Shown here: in pieces, positions 51,020 to 60,978 of the stretch
Layout: every line of letters starts with the position of its first letter
How positions within the stretch are numbered: the stretch's first letter is position 1
Assembly: GCA_964535955.1 (NCBI GenBank)
Contig: CAZHVK010000003.1
Location: 62,001 to 126,000 of the forward strand
Direction of reading: 5' to 3'
Source: an uncultured Methanosarcinales archaeon
GTDB lineage: Archaea; Nanobdellota; Nanobdellia; Woesearchaeales; CAXGTL01
DNA: 64,000 bases
Program-made: the position numbers and the translations under genes
Notes under the pieces: generated by a model
Databases searched by the model: none
Told to the model about the DNA's origin: nothing
The model's input: the letters and a program-made list of their open reading frames with translations, nothing else

Positions 51020-51958
51020 TTATTCTTTATATTCTTCAACTTTTATCTCTTTTTTTTCTTCTTCTTCTCTTGTGTATTCTACTTTTGTCTGTTTTTTATC
51101 TTCCTCTTGTCCTATCCTTTTTATTTCTTTTTTTATTTCCCTTTCTTCTTTTTCTTTTTCCATTATCTTTTCAATTTTTTCTTCTCTCATTTCTTCTTTC
51201 TCTTTTTTCTCTTCCTTTACTACGACTTTTTCTTCTAAATGCTTGAATAAATCACTTAATTCTAGAATTTCTAAATTACTTTTATTATTTTCATCAAAAT
51301 GTTCATAACATAATGGGCATAAAGTTAATAATTTATTAGTTTTGGTCTTATCTAAAGTCAATCTTGAAACATTCCTAGTTAAATTTGTCTTTCTTAATGG
51401 GCTATGGCCAGTACCACAACAAAAGTTTTCATCCAATACCTTAATATTATAATTTTGTTTTTTAATTAATTCTTTAACTTTTTCAATTAATTTATCATCT
51501 TTCATCATATAACAAGGAATATGTAATGTTATTCTTTCTTTTAAAATTTCTTTATCATACTCTTCTGACAATTTATTTTTATCTTGTTCAAGTTCTATTT
51601 TTCTTATATTATTTGCAATAGTTTCAATTATGTGTTCTGTTTCAATATTATAGTATTTTTTAAAAATATGAGTGCATGCAGGGCAATTTGTGATAATTTT
51701 TGTAATTTTTTGATTTTTAAAAATTAATTTATTCTTTTCAATTATCTTTTCAAAAGAGTCTTTGTAGCCAGAATTCAACAGTGGCAAACCACAACACAAT
51801 TCTTCAATTTCTAACATCACAAAATCTATTCCTAATCTTTTTAAAAGCTTTTTATAATTATCAACAATCTCTTTTTGTTTAAATTTAGATACACAACCAG
51901 GATAATATAGAACTTTACCCATTTTTAACATATTTTTAACTTTATCTAAAAAAACCAT
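51020..51958 (-). CDS. CCG-domain (Fe-S)-binding protein (GlcF/HdrB-like) with charged E/K tail
   Basis: YYPGC, ELCCG, CPAC; second repeat PC, CCG, CPLC. Confidence 0.85.
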   Translation of the reverse strand: MVFLDKVKNMLKMGKVLYYPGCVSKFKQKEIVDNYKKLLKRLGIDFVMLEIEELCCGLPLLNSGYKDSFEKIIEKNKLIFKNQKITKIITNCPACTHIFKKYYNIETEHIIETIANNIRKIELEQDKNKLSEEYDKEILKERITLHIPCYMMKDDKLIEKVKELIKKQNYNIKVLDENFCCGTGHSPLRKTNLTRNVSRLTLDKTKTNKLLTLCPLCYEHFDENNKSNLEILELSDLFKHLEEKVVVKEEKKEKEEMREEKIEKIMEKEKEEREIKKEIKRIGQEEDKKQTKVEYTREEEEKKEIKVEEYKE

Positions 51959-52051
51959 GCTTCCATCAACCTCAAATATATAGTCAAATATATCTATTAA
52001 TAAAGATTATTATAGAAGAATGAATATGATGGAAAGATTATGTTGGGTTTT

Positions 52052-52234
52052 CTAATCTCTTTCTTTAGCTGCTGTTTTATTTTGTAAGTATACTGCTTTT
52101 AATAAGGTATATATTGCATCAAGTTTTAAAAATTCTGACCGATCTTCATTACTTTGGCAATTATTTATTTCAGCTACTGCGAATAGTCCTTCTATTTGTC
52201 TATAGAACTTATTACTGTTTTCTGGGTTTGTCAT
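52052..52234 (-). CDS. Small hypothetical protein
   Basis: 60-aa ORF filling the gap downstream of the TrmB gene, same strand. Confidence 0.45.
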   Translation of the reverse strand: MTNPENSNKFYRQIEGLFAVAEINNCQSNEDRSEFLKLDAIYTLLKAVYLQNKTAAKERD

Positions 52235-52246
52235 TTTTTGTTTTAC

Positions 52247-53044
52247 TTAAACCTTCTCAAGCCCTTTCCATGTCTGCTCAAACATATCTGACATAGTGTT
52301 TGCAAACAACTCAGTATTAACCCAAATACCTGTATCATAAGCAGGGTGGACTTTTGAATCATCAATCAACATAAACATCACTTCTTTTCCATCTATAATA
52401 CAAAAACGAGCTTTCATATTCTTTAAAGTTTTTACTTCAGCAACTTTTGAAAGTACTTTTGCAAATTTATTACCTTTCTTAATAGGAGCTGCAATTCTTA
52501 TACTAACTCCTCTTTGTTTTAATTTTTCAAAAGTCTTTTTCAGTAAGCTAGTTTTTCTTTCAAAACCTTTTTCACTTGTTACAAGAACAACTGATTTTTC
52601 AGCATTTTTAACCATTAAATTAAGATGATGATATAGGTTTTCTCTCCCTTTTAGAGCCCCAGACATTTCTGTTGGTTCAACTAATTCTATTCCTTGTTCA
52701 TGAAGATTATTTAATTCATTTAGAATTTTACTATCTTTAATATCATCTATAATCTTAACATTTTTATCAGCATCTTTTTTTATTCTTTTTTTAACTCTTT
52801 CCACAACTTCATTTGGTGGAACAGCAATATATTTGATAGGTTTTCCAAGTTTCATAACAATAAATCCTTTTCTTTCTAATGATTCAAGAACGTCATATGT
52901 CCTGGATCTTGGTACATTCGCAATATCAGATAACTCACCAGCAGTAGAAGTCCCCCTACTTAGCAAAGCAGACCATAATTTTGCTTCATATGTATTTAAT
53001 CCAAAATCTTTAAGCTTATTTAAAAATTCTTTTTGTATTATCAT
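52247..53044 (-). CDS. TrmB family transcriptional regulator
   Basis: GLNTYEAK, TAGELSDIANVPRSRTYDVLESL..KGF, PIKY.AVPP; C-terminal effector domain. Confidence 0.93.
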   Translation of the reverse strand: MIIQKEFLNKLKDFGLNTYEAKLWSALLSRGTSTAGELSDIANVPRSRTYDVLESLERKGFIVMKLGKPIKYIAVPPNEVVERVKKRIKKDADKNVKIIDDIKDSKILNELNNLHEQGIELVEPTEMSGALKGRENLYHHLNLMVKNAEKSVVLVTSEKGFERKTSLLKKTFEKLKQRGVSIRIAAPIKKGNKFAKVLSKVAEVKTLKNMKARFCIIDGKEVMFMLIDDSKVHPAYDTGIWVNTELFANTMSDMFEQTWKGLEKV

Positions 53045-53364
53045 AGTAAATCTTGCCTCCTAAACCTATTTCTCCATAAATTTCAATTTTATCACTTAAA
53101 AAGCCTTAAAAAAGCCATTTCTAAAGCTAAAAACCTCTATTTTGCATATTTGCATTAAATAACTATCAGAAAACCTCTTTTAAGATATAATCTCTCTTTT
53201 TATCTTAATTTTTATATTATATTAGCAATATCTTACTTATATATAAATCTTTCCAAGCTGTTATCATTTTTAAGTGATGAATAAACATATTTAATATATA
53301 CATAAATAAATACATATCCTATTCCAACACATTTATAAATAATCTATATATAACTATCAATGAT

Positions 53365-56034
53365 ATGGAACAAGAAAATATAGATTTTAAACAAATAGAG
53401 CAAAAGTGGCAAAAAAAGTGGGAAGATGGTAATGTATTTAAAACACCAGAAGAATCAACAAAACCCAAATTCTATTGTTTAGAAATGTTCCCTTACCCTT
53501 CTGGATCTGGATTACACATAGGTCATGCATTTAATTATACAATTGGAGATATTTATGCCAGGTTCAAGCGTATGCAAGGATTTAATGTTCTTTATCCTAT
53601 GGGTTATGATGCTTTAGGATTACCTGCAGAAAATGCAGCTATAAAAAATAGTGAGCATCCAAAAGAATATACCAAGAACTCGATTAATAATTTCATGAAA
53701 CAACAAAAAGCTATTGGTTTAAGCTATGATTGGGATAGAGTTCTACCAACCTGCATACCAGAATATTATAAATGGAATCAATACTTTTTTTTAAAATTCT
53801 TTGATAAAGGTCTTGCATACAAAAAGAAAGCCCCTGTTAATTGGTGTCCTAAGTGTGAAACAGTATTAGCAAATGAACAAGTACATAATGGAATGTGCTG
53901 GCGTCACACAGATACATTAGTTGAACAAAAAAATCTAGAACAATGGTTTTTCAAGATAACAGATTATGCAGAAGAACTTTTAAAAGATATTGATAAATTA
54001 AAAGGTTGGCCAGAAAGAATAAAAATAATGCAAAAGAATTGGATAGGTAAAAGCAAAGGTGTTGAGATCTTTTTTGATATTGTTGATGAAGATGGTGAAA
54101 AAATAACACAAATATCAACATACACAACAAGACCAGACACCATCTTTGGAGTTACATACCTTGTTTTAGCTGTTGAACACCCATTAGTATTAGAACTGAC
54201 AAAAGGCACATCAAGAGAACAAGATGTTAAGAATTTCATAATAGAGACAAAAAAAAAGTCAACAATAGAAAGAACAGCAGAAGGAAAAGAAAAAAATGGA
54301 ATATTTCTTGGAAAATATTTTATAAATCCAACAACAGGTGAAAAACTACCACTCTGGACAGCAGATTATGCATTATATGAATATGGTACAGGAGCAGTCA
54401 TGGCTGTACCTGCACACGATCAACGTGATTTTGAATTTGCAAGAAAATACAACCTTCCTATTAAAGTTGTTATTCAACCACAAGAATTCAAACTTGATCC
54501 TGAAAAAATGTCAAGATCATACATGGACCAAGGTAATTTAGTTAATTCAAAACAATTTGATGGAAAAAACAATCTAGAAGCAATCAAAGACATTGGTCAA
54601 TGGATGGAACAAGAAAAAACAGGAAAAATAACAACAAATTACAAACTAAGAGATTGGTTAATTTCTAGACAAAGATATTGGGGAACACCAATTCCAATCA
54701 TATATTGCAATAAATGTGGAATTGTAAAAGTTCCTGAAACAGATTTACCAATAGTATTGCCTGAAAATGTTGAATTTGGGCATGGTAATCCATTATTAAC
54801 TAATAAAGAATTTGTTGATGTTAAATGTCCTAAATGTGGAGAACCTGCAAAAAGAGAAACAGATACAATGGATACATTTGTAGACAGTAGTTGGTATTTT
54901 TTTAGATTTTGTGACCCTCATAACAAAATTCTTCCTTTTGAAAAAGAAAAAGTAGGATATTGGTTGCCGGTTGACCAATACATAGGCGGAGCAGAACACG
55001 CATGCATGCATCTGATTTATGCAAGATTCTTTACAAAAGCATTAAGAGACTTAGGAATGCATGGTATTGATGAACCATTTACAAAATTATTTAATCAAGG
55101 CATGCTGCATGGTGAAGATGGTCATGTTATGTCAAAGAGTAGAGGAAATGTTGTTTTACCAGAACATGTTTCAGAAAAATATGGAATAGACACAGCTAGA
55201 TTTTTCTTATTATCAATTGCTTCTCCTGACAAAGATAGGGAATGGAGTGATAAAGGTATTGAAGGAAGTTTCAGATTTACCAAAAAAATAATGAATTATT
55301 TTGATACAGTAAAGATAACAACATCATCAAGCAAAGTAGAAAGCAAACTAAACAAAGCAATTAAAGGCATAACTGAAGATATTGAAGAATTTAGGTACAA
55401 TTTTGCAATAATCAAGATTAGACATTTATTTGATTCACTTGAATCACAAGCAAGCAAAGACACATTAGAAAAATTCTTATTAATTTTGCATCCATTTTGC
55501 CCGCACATTACAGAAGAACTTTGGGAAAAAATAGGCAACCAACCATTCATAAGTTTGCAAAAATGGCCAGAATTTGATGAATCAAAGATAGATGAAAAAG
55601 CAGAATCAGCAGAAGACATGATCAAAGAAATATCAAAAGACATAACACATATACAAGAACTTGCAAAAATAAAAAAACCAAAAAAAATAACATTGATCAT
55701 TGCAAAAGACTGGAAATACAAATTCTTTAAAAAGATGAAACAATTGTTAGAAAAAACGCACAATCAAGGAGAAATCTTAAAATCAGTTATGGAAACAGAC
55801 TTAAAAAACCAAGGCCAGCATATTAAAAAACTAGTACCAAAGATTGTCAAAGACGAATCAATAATTCCAGAACACATGTTGACAAAAGAAACAGAGATAA
55901 AAGAACTACAAGACAATAAAAAACACTTAGAAGAAAGATTCAACACCAAACTAGAGATAATAAAAGCAGAAGATTCAAAAGAGAAAAAAGCACAGAATGC
56001 ACTTCCAAATAAACCAGCAATCTTAGTAGAATAA
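53365..56034 (+). CDS. leuS: Leucine--tRNA ligase
   Basis: EMFPYPSG.GLHIGH, TVLANEQV, YTTRPDT, GTGAVMAVPAHDQRD, SRQRYWGTPIP, GGAEHA, VMSKS. Confidence 0.97.
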   Translation: MEQENIDFKQIEQKWQKKWEDGNVFKTPEESTKPKFYCLEMFPYPSGSGLHIGHAFNYTIGDIYARFKRMQGFNVLYPMGYDALGLPAENAAIKNSEHPKEYTKNSINNFMKQQKAIGLSYDWDRVLPTCIPEYYKWNQYFFLKFFDKGLAYKKKAPVNWCPKCETVLANEQVHNGMCWRHTDTLVEQKNLEQWFFKITDYAEELLKDIDKLKGWPERIKIMQKNWIGKSKGVEIFFDIVDEDGEKITQISTYTTRPDTIFGVTYLVLAVEHPLVLELTKGTSREQDVKNFIIETKKKSTIERTAEGKEKNGIFLGKYFINPTTGEKLPLWTADYALYEYGTGAVMAVPAHDQRDFEFARKYNLPIKVVIQPQEFKLDPEKMSRSYMDQGNLVNSKQFDGKNNLEAIKDIGQWMEQEKTGKITTNYKLRDWLISRQRYWGTPIPIIYCNKCGIVKVPETDLPIVLPENVEFGHGNPLLTNKEFVDVKCPKCGEPAKRETDTMDTFVDSSWYFFRFCDPHNKILPFEKEKVGYWLPVDQYIGGAEHACMHLIYARFFTKALRDLGMHGIDEPFTKLFNQGMLHGEDGHVMSKSRGNVVLPEHVSEKYGIDTARFFLLSIASPDKDREWSDKGIEGSFRFTKKIMNYFDTVKITTSSSKVESKLNKAIKGITEDIEEFRYNFAIIKIRHLFDSLESQASKDTLEKFLLILHPFCPHITEELWEKIGNQPFISLQKWPEFDESKIDEKAESAEDMIKEISKDITHIQELAKIKKPKKITLIIAKDWKYKFFKKMKQLLEKTHNQGEILKSVMETDLKNQGQHIKKLVPKIVKDESIIPEHMLTKETEIKELQDNKKHLEERFNTKLEIIKAEDSKEKKAQNALPNKPAILVE

Positions 56035-56167
56035 TTATTAAAGAAACTGGTGTCTGTAAGACCACAGAAAACCTAACACATTGTCAAACGATCAGGACTT
56101 TCCAAATAACAAAACAAAAACATGGAAAGTTTGAGCGAACCAGTTTCTTACAAAAAGAGGTTCTATA

Positions 56168-56578
56168 ATGTCATTTAAACATAAACTAAAATACTTTGTA
56201 CGCTACTGGCTTCCACCAATACTTTGGGCTATTCTAATCTTTTACATGTCATCAATATCATTTCCACCAGACAAGCCAGGCATTAGGTTTAGTGATAAGG
56301 TGTTACACACAGCAGAATTCTTTGCATTATCATTTTTATTATTCAGAGCAATCTACAACTCCAAATACAGAAAAGCAGCTTACTGGTTTGCAATATTATT
56401 AACAATCTTATATGGAATAAGTGACGAACTCCATCAGATCCTAACACCACAAAGAGTATTTGATATTTATGATGTTTTGTTTAATAGTTTAGGAGCAAGT
56501 TTGGTTTTTATTTTATCTTATTTTCCTAAAACATTTACAAGAATCATTTTCTTTGACTATGATAAATTAAGAAAATAA
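56168..56578 (+). CDS. VanZ family membrane protein
   Basis: DKVLH..EF, YGISDELHQ..P.R, DVLFN..G. Confidence 0.9.
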   Translation: MSFKHKLKYFVRYWLPPILWAILIFYMSSISFPPDKPGIRFSDKVLHTAEFFALSFLLFRAIYNSKYRKAAYWFAILLTILYGISDELHQILTPQRVFDIYDVLFNSLGASLVFILSYFPKTFTRIIFFDYDKLRK

Positions 56579-56580
56579 GT

Positions 56581-56855
56581 TGGCAAGCACACCCAGGAAT
56601 GAGCACAACCCAGCTTAATGGCTTAACCCTGACCTTTCCTTGGTCCTGCAACCCTAAGAGCACCAGTTTCATAGGTTATAGCTGCTTCATTCCTGACCTG
56701 ACTAATTTCCCTATGAAGCCAGTCCCAAAGGACAGAACTTCATTGTCCAGACCAGGACCATTAAACTAAAGCTATACCGCTTCCTGAGCTTCGATCCCAT
56801 CATATAGCCCAGTTATGGCAACAGGCAGGGGCTAACTACCCGATCTAGCTTACCA
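56581..56855 (-). ncRNA. ffs: Signal recognition particle RNA (archaeal 7S)
   Basis: GC-enriched ~275-nt region. Minus strand carries the helix-8 motif GTCAGGTCAGGAATGAAGCAGC, 5' GGTAAGC pairs with 3' GCTTGCC, and a TTTAAATA box lies about 22 nt upstream. Confidence 0.9.
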
Positions 56856-56943
56856 GTATATAGGATAGAAGGAGTGTATTTAAACTTAACTATGTTTTCC
56901 ACAACATAAAACTTTATTAACCAAAATCTTCACCATATACATA

Positions 56944-57747
56944 ATGGTTAACAAAATCATATTCTTAGGTACAGCAGGTGATTCAATCCTAGTCAGCAAA
57001 CAATACAGATCATCTGGAGGCATTATTCTACAATTTTACAATACACAGTTTCACATAGATCCAGGACCAAACACAACACAAAAAGCAGCAGAAGCAAAAA
57101 TACATCTAAGAGAAAACACAGCACTTCTCATCAGCTCACCAGATATTATCAACTCAAATGACACAAACATCACTATCAATGCAATGACATATGAAGGTAT
57201 GGATCCAAAAGGAGTTCTAGTCACAAACAATACTATTCTAAATGGAAATGAAAACATAAGACCAATTATAGGACAAAAACAAAAAACATATGTTGAAAAA
57301 ATCATAACCTTACAACCAAACAAAAGAATAGCAATTGAAAACATAGAAATTCAAGGAATTGACACAACAAATGATAATAATCTGTGCTTTAAATTCTATA
57401 CAAAAGATTTCACATTGGTTTATGCAGGAAACACTGGTTTTGATAAACATTTATTAGACCAATATGCAGGAACAAACATTCTTATATTGAATGTAAAGAA
57501 CTTAAAAGATGATAAACCACATGAACTAAATATAGAACAAGCTGAGAAAATAATCACAGAGATAAAACCAAACCTAACAATTATCACAGGCTTTGGATTC
57601 AGTATGTTAAAAGCAGACCCAACATTTGTAGCTAGAGAACTAAAAATAAAAACAGGACAACAGATCATAGCTGCAAAAGATGGAATGATTGTAGAACCTG
57701 ACAGTTATCGTGCTCAAGCAAAACAAAAGAGTTTGCTTGGAATGTAA
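56944..57747 (+). CDS. Metallo-beta-lactamase-fold protein, metal ligands degenerate
   Basis: IIFLGTAG, HIDPGP, AAKDGM framework. The HxHxDH position reads SPDIIN. Confidence 0.75.
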   Translation: MVNKIIFLGTAGDSILVSKQYRSSGGIILQFYNTQFHIDPGPNTTQKAAEAKIHLRENTALLISSPDIINSNDTNITINAMTYEGMDPKGVLVTNNTILNGNENIRPIIGQKQKTYVEKIITLQPNKRIAIENIEIQGIDTTNDNNLCFKFYTKDFTLVYAGNTGFDKHLLDQYAGTNILILNVKNLKDDKPHELNIEQAEKIITEIKPNLTIITGFGFSMLKADPTFVARELKIKTGQQIIAAKDGMIVEPDSYRAQAKQKSLLGM

Positions 57748-57963
57748 TCAATAAACCTTAATCCCTTTTTTCTTCAACTTATGTCTCAACAACTGATCCC
57801 TACGCCATTCTATTATAAAGTCCTGCACAATCTTCACACAAAGCTTAGCTCGACTACCATATATACCTTCAGTCTTAACAATCTTATCCATTTCATCACA
57901 TAATGGCTTAGGTAAGTTTACAGCCCTGTAACGACCTAATCTTTTTCTAGTATCTTTTGTCAT
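57748..57963 (-). CDS. Ribbon-helix-helix (CopG-like) DNA-binding protein
   Basis: YRAVNLPKPLCDEMDKIV...YGSRAKL; AGGGGA SD before ATG 57963. Confidence 0.7.
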   Translation of the reverse strand: MTKDTRKRLGRYRAVNLPKPLCDEMDKIVKTEGIYGSRAKLCVKIVQDFIIEWRRDQLLRHKLKKKGIKVY

Positions 57964-58143
57964 ATTATCATCCCCTATATGTACTGGTTGCATTAATATT
58001 ATATAAATTTATTTATTTTCTTTTCACTATTGATATTCTCTAACATATATTCTTCATATTGAGAATATATTTATCTTAATTCCACTATATATATAAGCGT
58101 GGGATGGGTATTTTATCATATATCTAATTAACAAACTAAAAAA

Positions 58144-60978
58144 ATGATAGATGATTTTAAACAAACAATAGACAAGCTTAAACAAAAGCTCTCAACAAGC
58201 TCTGAGATAGATGACAGTATACAAAAGTTCATTGAATACAGGCTTTACAATAAATATAATAACACTCATCATAAAAGTATAGTAACAAAACTAAAAAACA
58301 TAGTAAACAGTACTTTTAGAACAAAATCAAAACACTATTTTAACAAACTAAAGAAAATAATAAAAAATCTATCTAAAGAAAGACTAGAAATAGCAGATAC
58401 ACAACTAGACAACTTATTATCAGAATTAAAATTTTCATTTTTCACAGGTTTTGTATACCATTATTTTGATAATTATTCTTTTATCAATGACTATACCTAT
58501 AATTATTTAACAACAGATTTCATAAAACTATCAAAACAAACCCATGACATAGATCCTCTAGAATTCATAAAAACATTAGAAAACATAAAAAACTACAACT
58601 CAAATTTTTGTAAACAAGAATTCTTAAAAACAATACAATCAATAATCAACCAGGATAATAAACAGTACATCCTTTGTTTAGAAAACCTATCTAAGTTAAT
58701 CTCACATAAAAAAAACCAGCTTGATGAACTTCTTATTTCATCTGCTAATTGTAAATCAGTTAAAAACTATGACAAAAGTGCCATATGTCTTGAAAAGATT
58801 TTAGAAACAGACTATAAAAATCCAAACATATTTTACAAACTAAGCGAAGACTATCTAAATCTTAATAATTATGAAAAATCTCAGCAGAATCTATTAAAAG
58901 TAATCTCCTTAATAGAATCTAAAGAAACACTAACCAAAGAACAAAAACACCAATTAATAGATTCTTACAATAGACTTGGTTTTTCTTATATTAAACAGGC
59001 AAAAGATTTCTATAAAGAAGAAAAACATGAATATTTTGAAGGTTATGGTGATAATCTGTTTAGAGCTATTGAAGTATTAAACAATACTATAAAAAAATAC
59101 CCAAGAAATGTAAAAGCATATTACTTACTGGTTTCAGCTTATCTTTATTTATCAGATTATTATGAAAAGAAAAAACAACTTATGATAAAAAATCCTTATA
59201 ATATTGAAGATTCATTAAAACAAAAAAGAATACAAGAATTAGAAAAAAAATTTAATCAAGCATCTTCAAAAGCAAGAAAAATAATAGGCAAGATCTTTGG
59301 GTCAAAAGGATATTCTAAAACTGAAAAAAATAATAAACCTTATTTTGAATATTATCCTGATATTGATTCTAGGCGTTTTTTATTCCATCTTAACTCTTTC
59401 TTAGATGTAGGCATCACTTTAAAATGTTTCGATAAATCAGATTCAGATAGGGCTAATTTAGAAGATGATATTCTTGATCTATTAAGAGAACCTTCTAAAT
59501 ATACTTGTTTTAGAAATGGAAATAGATTAGAAACACCAAAATCATGGGTACTTGAATTTGATGATAAGGTTGTTTTGGTCGAAGAATACATCCCTGAACA
59601 AAATATGTTTAGATATTTTAAATATCTTAATCATAGGTTTATTAGAAAATCTATTAATCAAAGAGAATTAAGAAATCTCAAACTATCAGAACTAGAATGG
59701 ATAGTTGATATCACAGCACAGCTCCAGATTTATTTAACAAATAGGATAGGAGGGTATGATATTTCTTCTGATTATTATTCAAAGGGATTTGAAACAAGAT
59801 TCATAGGTCAATTAGATAAATACAAAGAATTATTATTAAAACCTCATGATTGGAGAATATCAGAACAAGATAAACAAGAACTTATAAGATTACATAAAGA
59901 AAACATAAATAATAAAATTCTCTCAAGCAAACCACCTTATAAACTAGACTTGCATTTATTGAGTATTGATGCAAATCTTAAGAATTTTCTAAAAAACAAA
60001 AAAAAGATTGATTTAGAAATAAAGGATAAAAAAATAGCAGTCATAGATCCTATTTCAGCAATAGAATTTGCAACAGGTTTTTTATCTCAACAAGATGAAT
60101 TATATTTGCATTATAGGTGGTTGCTAAACATTATCCAAAACAAACTAGCTAATTCACCAGAACCAACAGAACAAGGAGGCATTATCCAGGATATTACTAA
60201 TAAACTCATCCCAATTAAAGAAAAAGTAATCAAAGAATTTGATGATTTATTAGCAGATGGCTATAATATAAACAAAGAACATGAATCAGAATACAAAGCT
60301 TATAGATCTAAATTCAATAAAATAATCATAAAATATATTTCTAAACAAGACCAAGAAGAATATAATTATTTGATCAATTTAGTAGGGATTGATAGGCATC
60401 TGGCAATTGCATCAGACAAATTAAGGGATATTAATAGAATTAAAAATGACACAAACTCCTTCATTGAAGAACATCCTGATGTCAAAAACTTCATTGATTC
60501 AATTCTAAATTATTCAAACAAATGTGAAGGTTATAAAGAAAATATAATTGACTGCTGGAAAAATATAAATCTAGAAGCAGGAAAAGTAGTGCTTGATTCC
60601 CTTTGCAAATCAAATACAATTAGTGTTCTTGATTTTTTCACAGAAATCTCACCTTTAGTTGGTGATGCTCCTCATAATAAGATTGTTGATATACTCATGC
60701 AGTCTGTTGAGATATATCACGATTACAAGAAATACCAACAAAATTATAGATCAGAATTGAATAGAATCAAAATCAAAGACGAAATAAGGGAATATTTACT
60801 TAGACAAGATGATATTGATTCAAATTATCATTATTATCTGTATCATTTGAAAAGAGCAAGAATAAATATGGAACAAATAGGTTTACTTGATTTTAGAAAT
60901 AAACTCCAAGAAGTATATGGTTTTTGGGATTTCAGAGGTGATAGAAATAACAATGGGGATGGTACAAATGAATTATGA
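58144..60978 (+). CDS. Large protein with TPR-like repeats and a probable APH/kinase-like domain
   Basis: TPR-like helices (YDKSAICLEKIL..P..FYKLSEDYL; P.NVKAYYLL). Kinase-like ITLK, TPK, VLVEEYI, IDANLKNFL, IDLE. Confidence 0.6.
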   Translation: MIDDFKQTIDKLKQKLSTSSEIDDSIQKFIEYRLYNKYNNTHHKSIVTKLKNIVNSTFRTKSKHYFNKLKKIIKNLSKERLEIADTQLDNLLSELKFSFFTGFVYHYFDNYSFINDYTYNYLTTDFIKLSKQTHDIDPLEFIKTLENIKNYNSNFCKQEFLKTIQSIINQDNKQYILCLENLSKLISHKKNQLDELLISSANCKSVKNYDKSAICLEKILETDYKNPNIFYKLSEDYLNLNNYEKSQQNLLKVISLIESKETLTKEQKHQLIDSYNRLGFSYIKQAKDFYKEEKHEYFEGYGDNLFRAIEVLNNTIKKYPRNVKAYYLLVSAYLYLSDYYEKKKQLMIKNPYNIEDSLKQKRIQELEKKFNQASSKARKIIGKIFGSKGYSKTEKNNKPYFEYYPDIDSRRFLFHLNSFLDVGITLKCFDKSDSDRANLEDDILDLLREPSKYTCFRNGNRLETPKSWVLEFDDKVVLVEEYIPEQNMFRYFKYLNHRFIRKSINQRELRNLKLSELEWIVDITAQLQIYLTNRIGGYDISSDYYSKGFETRFIGQLDKYKELLLKPHDWRISEQDKQELIRLHKENINNKILSSKPPYKLDLHLLSIDANLKNFLKNKKKIDLEIKDKKIAVIDPISAIEFATGFLSQQDELYLHYRWLLNIIQNKLANSPEPTEQGGIIQDITNKLIPIKEKVIKEFDDLLADGYNINKEHESEYKAYRSKFNKIIIKYISKQDQEEYNYLINLVGIDRHLAIASDKLRDINRIKNDTNSFIEEHPDVKNFIDSILNYSNKCEGYKENIIDCWKNINLEAGKVVLDSLCKSNTISVLDFFTEISPLVGDAPHNKIVDILMQSVEIYHDYKKYQQNYRSELNRIKIKDEIREYLLRQDDIDSNYHYYLYHLKRARINMEQIGLLDFRNKLQEVYGFWDFRGDRNNNGDGTNEL

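Noticed and set aside
51001..51246. Leu/Phe-rich 'membrane' ORF
   Set aside because: Antisense shadow of the Glu/Lys-rich tail of the CCG-domain protein.
56581..56855. RNase P RNA or novel ncRNA
   Set aside because: Helix-8 motif and terminal pairing identify it as SRP RNA; RNase P signature sequences are absent.
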